Shown: positions 57,251 to 64,000 of the stretch, piece after piece | How positions within the stretch are numbered: position 1 is the stretch's first letter | Layout of the letters: the number at the start of each line of letters is the position of its first letter | Virus record (IMG/VR): IMGVR_UViG_2915066250_000005 | Location: 1-64,000 of that record | Reading direction: 5' to 3' (one strand) | DNA from: a virus | Lineage: Duplodnaviria; Caudoviricetes | Length of the DNA: 64,000 nt | Notes under the pieces: generated by a model | The model's input: the letters and a program-made list of their open reading frames with translations, nothing else | What the model was told of the DNA's origin: nothing | The model's database searches: none | Translations under genes and position numbers: made by a program

Positions 57251-57632
57251 TGGAAATAGCCTCCTTTATCTCTTCTTCAAATACCTTTATTGCCTTTTCT
57301 TCAGCATTTGCTATATGTGGTCTTGCAGATACTCTTCCTCCACCACGCTTTGCATGACCAAATTCAAGAAGGTGAGTAAGCTGATATTTGTTTCTTGAAT
57401 GAACAACAAGCTCAAGGCTACTGGATGTTTCTCTCACAGTTTTTACAGTCCAGCTTTTCCCATACTTACCTGTATCACTTGGAGCACTTGCTTTTATTTC
57501 ATCACGCACAGTCTTTCCTGCTTTTTGAACTGCCTTTTTCACATTTTCAGTTGTAACATTAGCATATTTTTCAAGTTCCTTCATCACTTCAGATGAAAGG
57601 CTATCAATTTTTACCTTGCTCATCTCTCGCAC
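57243..57632 (-). CDS. HK97 gp10-like tail completion protein
   Basis: APSDTGKY..SW...HLLEFGH...ARPHI. Confidence 0.85.
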   Translation of the reverse strand: MREMSKVKIDSLSSEVMKELEKYANVTTENVKKAVQKAGKTVRDEIKASAPSDTGKYGKSWTVKTVRETSSSLELVVHSRNKYQLTHLLEFGHAKRGGGRVSARPHIANAEEKAIKVFEEEIKEAISNG

Positions 57633-57952
57633 CTCTTACAGTGAAGTTTTATACTTTTCTTCCTATAATTCATATGGTCTATGCCCTCAATTTCATAAAT
57701 ATCCTCATGAAAAATCACCCTATAACCAATGGAAGATAAGACCGATACTTCCTTGCTGTAGCGAATAGTAAAATCAATCTTGCTTTCATCCCATATAGCA
57801 CCACTACTTGTTTCTTCCTTTGGACTTTCACTACTGATAGTTGCATAGCAGGAATAATACTTACTCCACACATTTTTGTGATTTCCAATGTTATCTACCT
57901 CTACCGAGCTTTTTTGAAGTTCAATGCGTTCATTTAGTAGTGATATCTCCAT
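57620..57952 (-). CDS. Phage head closure protein
   Basis: LNERI...DNIGN...W...FTIRY...YEI. Confidence 0.8.
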   Translation of the reverse strand: MEISLLNERIELQKSSVEVDNIGNHKNVWSKYYSCYATISSESPKEETSSGAIWDESKIDFTIRYSKEVSVLSSIGYRVIFHEDIYEIEGIDHMNYRKKSIKLHCKRCER

Positions 57953-58239
57953 TAAAATTCCGCCTTTCTTACTCCAAATAACATGGATCTAAGTGTAATC
58001 GTTAACTCATGATGGTCTGCCTCTTCCCTGTGTTCATAAAGATAGGCGGCAGCATATAGCACTGCCACCTTATATTCTTCAAAGCTTTCACCAATGATTT
58101 CTTCTTCATCTTTTCTTGCAATAGCAAGGCACATCTTCTCAGAAGACTTTATAAGGGTGCTAATCAGATTATCATCTTCACTGGTATCTACTCTGAGATA
58201 ATTTTTCATTTCTTCAAGACTTACAACCATAACTAGCAC
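57952..58239 (-). CDS. Head-tail connector (gp6-like)
   Basis: VSLEEMKNYLRVD..EDD.LI...AVL...YLYEHRE. Confidence 0.85.
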   Translation of the reverse strand: MLVMVVSLEEMKNYLRVDTSEDDNLISTLIKSSEKMCLAIARKDEEEIIGESFEEYKVAVLYAAAYLYEHREEADHHELTITLRSMLFGVRKAEF

Positions 58240-58247
58240 CCCCTCCT

Positions 58248-59456
58248 TTATTTTGCTTTAATAGTTAAAAGATGAACCGCCTCAGGAAGAATCAGTTTTC
58301 CATCCACTCTTTCCTTTGCAATAAAGCCTGTCGTATCTGTTTCAGCATAAAGCTCCGTAAGTTCCTGCATAGACCTTGTTCCTCTGTCTGCAATGTTATA
58401 GTAACTAAAATCACCGAATGCAATGGCAGGTTTTCCCGCTTCTACAAGAGGTGCATACGCTGATGTGAAAATAGGATAACCAAGCAGTCTATCCGGTTCT
58501 CCTTCTTTAATGGAAGGCTGCCACATATAGTTTCCGTTACCATCTTTCAGTTTTCTAATGATGGCAATGGTCTGGTCATTCATAATAAATTTAGCCTTTT
58601 GACGATATGGTCTTCCAAGTGCATACACGAGACTGATAATATCGTCAGATGAAATAGTTGCTCCTGCTGTTGTTACATCACTAATTGCACCACCATCTTT
58701 ATGGAAAATTCCAAGTGGCTTTTTCTTTCCATCGCCATTAAGAAACGCATCTTCCTCGGCATTACCGATTGCCTTACCAAACTGCTCAATAATATAATTT
58801 TCAAGTGGGAACATACTGTCATATAAAAGTTCATTTGTAATCTTAATTCCCACAGCAAGTTTAAAGGCATCAATGGTAATCTGACCGAATGTTGCATCGT
58901 CAAATGGAATCTTGCCCCCTTCTTCAACCCAAAGAGCAGCAGGTTTTGTTGCAGTCACCGTAATTCTATGAAGTCCGGATGTGGTAATCTTTGTTCCAAG
59001 AGTTCTCATGATGTTATTTTCCGTTAATACATCAATCAGTCTCTTATCATATTCCTCCGGAACAAGATATCCTCCATCAGTGTCCACTCCTTCCTGCAAA
59101 AGGTTTGTAACCTGCTTAAAGTTACTTCTGATTGCCTTAAGCATATCCCTTCTGTATTCATCGGATGATCTTCCTTTTTTCTCCGGATTATCATCCACTT
59201 TCATTGGTTTTGTTACGATAGCATCAGACAGAGGCTTAGATAGTTCTTTATCCATCTCCTCAATCTTCTGTAGACGCTCAATTTCTAAGCTGTAGTTATG
59301 GACTTTCTTTTCCATTTCATCATAGCTTAAAGCATCTTCTTCAGAAATAAGGCCGTCTTTATCTCTCTTGCTATCAAGGAATGCTTTCGCACCCTCCCAA
59401 GCCTTATTACGTTTTTCAATCATTTCTAAAATCTTACTCATTGTAATTACCTCCAA
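58248..59456 (-). CDS. HK97-fold major capsid protein
   Basis: Delta-domain coiled coil; DGGYLVPEE; FGDFSYY. Confidence 0.93.
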   Translation of the reverse strand: MEVITMSKILEMIEKRNKAWEGAKAFLDSKRDKDGLISEEDALSYDEMEKKVHNYSLEIERLQKIEEMDKELSKPLSDAIVTKPMKVDDNPEKKGRSSDEYRRDMLKAIRSNFKQVTNLLQEGVDTDGGYLVPEEYDKRLIDVLTENNIMRTLGTKITTSGLHRITVTATKPAALWVEEGGKIPFDDATFGQITIDAFKLAVGIKITNELLYDSMFPLENYIIEQFGKAIGNAEEDAFLNGDGKKKPLGIFHKDGGAISDVTTAGATISSDDIISLVYALGRPYRQKAKFIMNDQTIAIIRKLKDGNGNYMWQPSIKEGEPDRLLGYPIFTSAYAPLVEAGKPAIAFGDFSYYNIADRGTRSMQELTELYAETDTTGFIAKERVDGKLILPEAVHLLTIKAK

Positions 59457-60187
59457 TTTTTCATTAAAAAAAGACGGTCCATTAATTCGTCCGCCTTAAC
59501 ACCTGTATTAGTTTCTTTGTTTTCTATCTTGCATTTAGAAGCAATCTTATCCATCAGTGAATTTACAACCTGTGCTTTTGAATACATCATGGAAACTTGT
59601 GATACTTCTATATCAGTGGTATCACTTCGCTTTAGAATGTCATCTGCAAAGCCAAGCTCCACTGCTTTATGTGCATCCATCCATGTTTCTGAGTCCATTA
59701 AATGAGATAGTTTTGCTCTAGACATTCCAGTCTTAATTTCATATGCATTGATGATAGACTCCTTTACTTCATCTAGCATTGAGATTGCTTTTTCCATCTC
59801 CCCCTTATTTCCAAAAGCTATGGTCATAGGATTATGGATCATAAGCATTGATACTGGACTCATTAATACATTTGTCCCTGCCATTGCAATCACTGATGCT
59901 GCACTTGCTGCGATACCATCAATTTTTACTGTGACATCTCCTTTATAGTCGATTAGCATATTGTAGATTTGAGCTGCTGCCACACAGTCACCTCCCGGAG
60001 AGTTAATCCAAACGGTAATGTTTCCATTCCCCTGATTTAACTCCTCTTTGAAAAGCTGTGGTGTCACATCATCATCAAACCACGATTCTTCAGCTATCGT
60101 TCCATTAAGGAATAGGATGCGTTCTGTCACTTCCTCTTCGTTTTGGTTTCTCATTACTTGATTCTTCCACTTCCAAAACTTCTTCAT
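59447..60187 (-). CDS. ClpP-type head maturation protease (probable start 60187)
   Basis: INSPGG, AASAAS, LMIHNP, ETWM.A..A. Confidence 0.92.
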   Translation of the reverse strand: MKKFWKWKNQVMRNQNEEEVTERILFLNGTIAEESWFDDDVTPQLFKEELNQGNGNITVWINSPGGDCVAAAQIYNMLIDYKGDVTVKIDGIAASAASVIAMAGTNVLMSPVSMLMIHNPMTIAFGNKGEMEKAISMLDEVKESIINAYEIKTGMSRAKLSHLMDSETWMDAHKAVELGFADDILKRSDTTDIEVSQVSMMYSKAQVVNSLMDKIASKCKIENKETNTGVKADELMDRLFLMKNWR

Positions 60188-61439
60188 TAGGTTCTTCCTC
60201 CTTTCCATCTTCATCTGCAAATGCTCCTGCACGATTTAGTGGGAGCATATTTCCATTTATGAGATATAGGTCACCTCCATCTTCACTTGGAATACGGTCT
60301 AGGTTTTCTAATTCTCTAATATCATTGGCAGACATCCATCCGTTTTGTCTTGCTGTAGCATAGCCATTCATTCTTGATTGGTAATCCCCACGAAGGAGAC
60401 CATCTACATTGAATTTAACATAGTACTTTTTCTTTTCATCTTCAGTAAATAGCCTACGAACAATAGACTGTTCCCATCTTGCTACCCAAGGATCAAGGGT
60501 ATACTTTACAAACTCAAGTGACTGCTGCTCAATATTAGAAAAGCTCGACTTCTCAAGGTCACCTACCATATGTGGTGGAACTCTAAAGATTCGAGCTATC
60601 TCATTGATTTGAAATTTTCTTGTTTCTAAAAACTGTGCTTCATTTGGAGATATTGAAATCGGTGTGTACTTCATTCCTTCTTCCAAAATCGCTATCTTAT
60701 GACTGTTGCTACCAGAGAACCCTTTTGACCAGCTTTCCCTCATAGCTTCAGGATCTTTAACCGTTCCCGGATACTCTAGGATTCCACTTGGTGTTGCTCC
60801 ATTAGCAAAGAACTTAGCTCCATATTCTTCTGTCGCAATTGCCATACCTATGGCATTTTTAGCCATCGCAATTGGTGAATAGCCAACAAGTCCATCAAAA
60901 CCAAGTCCAGGAATATGAAGAACATCTGACTGATTTAACTTCACTCTTCCTTGTTTTTCTGTCCCTGCATCAGAATCACTGACAAAGTATTCATAATAAA
61001 TTTGACCTTTATCATCTCTATCTACCTTCATCCTGTCTGGCATCAGTGGATAAAGTCCTAAAACCTCACCCTTACCATTTCTGATAATCTGTGCATAGGC
61101 ATTACCCCAAAGAAGTAAATGCGTCATCATGCTTTCCCTAAAGACAAAGCTTGTCATCTCTGGATTTGGTTCATCATGTAGCACCTTGTATAAAGGATGT
61201 TCTATAGCCTTAGCTGTGCCAATCTCTGTTCTTTCATAAACATGAAGTGGCAAACTTGCAACTGCCTCAGATAGAATTCTTACGCAGCTATATACCGCTG
61301 TCATCTGCATAGCAGACCTTTCATTTACTCTTCTTCCGGATGATGAACCACCCATCAAAAAGCTATATGAAGATCCATTTGTTCTATTTGTAGGCTTATC
61401 CCTACTCTTAAATAGGCCACTTAATACGCCCATACACAT
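60105..61439 (-). CDS. HK97-family portal protein
   Basis: AVYSCVRILSEAVASLP, GNAYA, IARIFRVPP, MSANDIRELENL. Confidence 0.94.
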   Translation of the reverse strand: MCMGVLSGLFKSRDKPTNRTNGSSYSFLMGGSSSGRRVNERSAMQMTAVYSCVRILSEAVASLPLHVYERTEIGTAKAIEHPLYKVLHDEPNPEMTSFVFRESMMTHLLLWGNAYAQIIRNGKGEVLGLYPLMPDRMKVDRDDKGQIYYEYFVSDSDAGTEKQGRVKLNQSDVLHIPGLGFDGLVGYSPIAMAKNAIGMAIATEEYGAKFFANGATPSGILEYPGTVKDPEAMRESWSKGFSGSNSHKIAILEEGMKYTPISISPNEAQFLETRKFQINEIARIFRVPPHMVGDLEKSSFSNIEQQSLEFVKYTLDPWVARWEQSIVRRLFTEDEKKKYYVKFNVDGLLRGDYQSRMNGYATARQNGWMSANDIRELENLDRIPSEDGGDLYLINGNMLPLNRAGAFADEDGKEEEPNEEVLEVEESSNEKPKRRGSDRTHPIP

Positions 61440-61498
61440 TCCTCCTAAATTTCTGTACTAAAAAAGCACCTCCGAAGAGATGCTTAAAATAGAAGTTT

Positions 61499-62224
61499 CT
61501 ATTTACAATAATATTCTATTGCTTTATTAACAAATACAGCAGTCCCTTCACCTGCAAACTCATCAATATTTTTAGTAAAATCACCTCCACCAGCATACAT
61601 TTTTCCAAGACCAGATAAAATTTCATTTGAACATCTATAGAAATTATCTGATATATAATTTTGAAGTTTTTTCACTAACGCTTGCACAACTTCTGCGTCA
61701 TGATTTTCTGATTTTACCTTTCCAAACTCTGCAAAAATCATCATTAATTGCTGATTTACGGTCTTTGTCTCTTCAGTACTTCTGTTTTTTTGTTTTTCCT
61801 CAAATTCTTTAAATTCATTAGTATGTCCCCAAGATTCTTTCGCCTGCTTTGCATATTCATCAATCTTCTTTGTATCAAATGCCGAGAAATTCATATAATC
61901 CACCCCCAATAGTTTTACGCCTTTAGCAAAAAGTATTAAATTCTCTAAGTGTTCTTTTTTTAATGTTAGTAATTTGATTTGCTGTTCCAAAGCTATATCC
62001 CTATCAAAATTATCACTATTAATTATTTCTTTAATTTCATTTAGTGGGAATTCTAATTCTTTAAATAGTAATATATGCTGTAATGTTATTAAATCATTGT
62101 CACTATACAATCTATATCCTACATCAGAATAATCAGTTGGGTGTAGCAAACCAATTTTGTCATAATACTGTAAAGTTCTAACACTAATTCCTGCAATTTT
62201 ACTTACAGCTTTTATTGTTTTCAT
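61499..62224 (-). CDS. MerR-family regulator with TipAS-like C-terminal domain
   Basis: GISVRTLQYYDKIGLL.P...GYRLY; C-terminal LGKMY..GDF..NID..AGEG.A.F..AI..Y. Confidence 0.85.
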   Translation of the reverse strand: MKTIKAVSKIAGISVRTLQYYDKIGLLHPTDYSDVGYRLYSDNDLITLQHILLFKELEFPLNEIKEIINSDNFDRDIALEQQIKLLTLKKEHLENLILFAKGVKLLGVDYMNFSAFDTKKIDEYAKQAKESWGHTNEFKEFEEKQKNRSTEETKTVNQQLMMIFAEFGKVKSENHDAEVVQALVKKLQNYISDNFYRCSNEILSGLGKMYAGGGDFTKNIDEFAGEGTAVFVNKAIEYYCK

Positions 62225-62247
62225 AAAATCACCTCCTTGTTACTATG

Positions 62248-62278
62248 AATATAAACTATTACGTAACGTAGTAGTCAA
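62248..62278 (-). promoter_or_regulatory. MerR-type promoter with 19-bp spacer
   Basis: TTGACT-19 bp containing the TACGT-T-ACGTA dyad-TATATT. Confidence 0.75.
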
Positions 62279-62305
62279 GTGATTATATGAAAATTTTTTA
62301 TAATT

Positions 62306-62518
62306 TTAGCTAAAAATCGGTTCTTGCATCCATTGCTCAGATAGGCAGATATCCATCCCTATTTTCATAGCCTCATAAACATCTGTCATTGTCCCTCCAA
62401 GATTAAGTACCTCATTTTGAATATCTTCTTTTGTCCATCCTTTTGAACCATTATTTTCTCTTGCAAACTTATCCATGACCTTTTTAACAACAAGTTCTAA
62501 TACCTCTTTTTCTAACAT
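62306..62518 (-). CDS. Small hypothetical protein (moron)
   Basis: 70 aa, RBS AAGGAGG. Confidence 0.6.
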   Translation of the reverse strand: MLEKEVLELVVKKVMDKFARENNGSKGWTKEDIQNEVLNLGGTMTDVYEAMKIGMDICLSEQWMQEPIFS

Positions 62519-62643
62519 TATATTTCCCTCCTTTAACCACTTTTACTTAGTTTTTATAGGTTAAACGAAGTTGAATATGAGTACAACCCACTTGTAAGAA
62601 ATAGGACTTTTAATGTCGAAATTAAGTACTTAATTGTAGTTTT

Positions 62644-63999
62644 TTAAATGAATAGAATCCCTCTCCCGTCATAGACACTTTCTGTATTGGCATTTCCACA
62701 TCTTATTGCTCTATCTAGTGCCATTATAGTTGCGATAGCACCATCTATTTTTTCTGTAGACTTTTCCTTATCTGCCTTTATGTTTCCAGCAGGATCGGTT
62801 CTAATAAAGATATTGTCCATCATCCATCTAAGAACTGGATTTCCACCATGAGCAAGCTTTTGCTCTAAGGTTAATTTCATAAGCTCCTTGGTTGGTGGAC
62901 TCATATCCTTAAAGCCTTGTCCAAAAGGAACTACGGTAAATCCCATATTTTCTAGGTTTTGTACCATCTGAACAGCACCCCAACGGTCAAAGGCAATTTC
63001 TCTAATGTTGAACCTTTCTCCTAGCTTTTCTATGAATTTTTCAATATATCCATAGTGAACAACATTACCTTCTGTTGTCTGAATGTATCCTTGTCTTTCC
63101 CAAACATCATATGGTACATTGTCACGCTTAACTCTTAAATCCAGAGTCTCTTCCGGTAGCCAAAAGAAAGGCATAATGCAAAATTTATCGTCTTCATCTA
63201 TTGGTGGAAAGACTAAAACAAAGGCTGTAATATCCGTTGTTGATGAAAGGTCAAGACCTCCGTAGCAAACTCTACCTTCCAGTTCTTCCTTATTGACTGC
63301 AAAAGAACAAGCATCCCACTTTTCCATTGGCATCCATCTGATAGCTTGTTTTACCCACTGGTTAAGTCTTAATTGTCTGAAGGAATTTTCTTCACCCGGA
63401 TTTTGCTTTGCTGATTCGCAGGCTGCCTTTACTTTATCTATTCCAACTGTCACACCAAGCGATGGATTTGCTTTCTTCCATACTTTTGGATCTGTCCAGT
63501 CGTCTTCCTCATCTGCTCCATAAATCACTGGATAAAAAGTGGGATCAATTTTTCTTCCTTCTAAAATATCCTTAGCCTTTTGGTGTGTTTCATAGCAAAT
63601 AGAATGCGTATCTGTACCTGCAGTTGTGATAAGAAAATATAAAGGCTGAGTTCTTGCATCACCTGAACCTTTAGTCATAACATCAAAGAGTTTTCTGTTT
63701 GGCTGGGTATGAAGTTCATCAAATACTACTCCATGAATATTAAAACCGTGTTTGGAGTAGGCTTCTGCTGATAAGACTTGATAGAAAGAATTTGTTGGCT
63801 GAAAAATAATTCTTTTCTGTGATGCCAGTATCTTAACTCTTCTATTCAGTGCAGGGCACATCCTTACCATATCAGCTGCAACATCAAAAACGATAGTAGC
63901 CTGCTGTCTATCAGCAGCACAGCCATAAACTTCTGCTCTTTCTTCTCCATCGCCACAACAAAGAAGTAAGGCAACAGCAGCTGCAAGTTCACTCTTACC
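62644..63999 (-). CDS. terL: Terminase large subunit, intein-free (5' end outside the window)
   Basis: The frame reads GKSELAAAVAL from the window edge; VVFDELH; GGLDLSS. Confidence 0.95.
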   Translation of the reverse strand, partial: GKSELAAAVALLLCCGDGEERAEVYGCAADRQQATIVFDVAADMVRMCPALNRRVKILASQKRIIFQPTNSFYQVLSAEAYSKHGFNIHGVVFDELHTQPNRKLFDVMTKGSGDARTQPLYFLITTAGTDTHSICYETHQKAKDILEGRKIDPTFYPVIYGADEEDDWTDPKVWKKANPSLGVTVGIDKVKAACESAKQNPGEENSFRQLRLNQWVKQAIRWMPMEKWDACSFAVNKEELEGRVCYGGLDLSSTTDITAFVLVFPPIDEDDKFCIMPFFWLPEETLDLRVKRDNVPYDVWERQGYIQTTEGNVVHYGYIEKFIEKLGERFNIREIAFDRWGAVQMVQNLENMGFTVVPFGQGFKDMSPPTKELMKLTLEQKLAHGGNPVLRWMMDNIFIRTDPAGNIKADKEKSTEKIDGAIATIMALDRAIRCGNANTESVYDGRGILFI

Positions 64000-64000
64000 C

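Larger units (their letters stand above)
35531..64000 (-). mobile_element. Prophage-like element 2 (partial; continues right of the window)
   Basis: terL-portal-Clp-capsid-tail-holin-lysin, then the DNA polymerase module and a recombinase pair. Confidence 0.85.

Overview
The whole window is prophage-like DNA from a low-GC Gram-positive (Firmicutes-type) host; no core housekeeping gene, rRNA, tRNA or CRISPR array was recognised. It appears to hold two related siphovirus-like prophages (family A DNA polymerase, HK97-type head, paired large serine recombinases) in tandem, both mainly on the minus strand and both cut by the window edges. Element 1 (1 to ~35.5 kb), read right to left: an outward-facing (+ strand) HTH/SHOCT/two-recombinase module; an LlaJI/McrBC-like restriction-modification cassette; a CGNR zinc-finger gene; a sigma-like gene; the replication block (DUF2800, DUF2815, DNA polymerase, BRO antirepressor, primase, VRR-NUC, SNF2); ArpU; HNH/cos; terS; metK interrupted by an IS3 copy; two DNA methyltransferases; and terL carrying a class 3-type LAGLIDADG intein. 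Element 2 (~35.5 kb to 64 kb), read right to left: intein-free terL, portal, Clp protease, capsid, tail, holin, endolysin, a second DNA polymerase module, a second HTH/SHOCT/two-recombinase module and a MerR gene. Most notable details: a promoter-structured RNA-AbiF (HEPN) cassette bounded by 7-bp direct repeats; a terminator/antiterminator leader before the sigma-like gene, together with element-specific motifs shared by each element's polymerase and recombinase operons; a nested out-of-frame ORF with its own RBS inside a multi-TRD C5 methyltransferase; and four convergent serine recombinases around an attP-like junction. Family names come from recognised motifs, not database searches.
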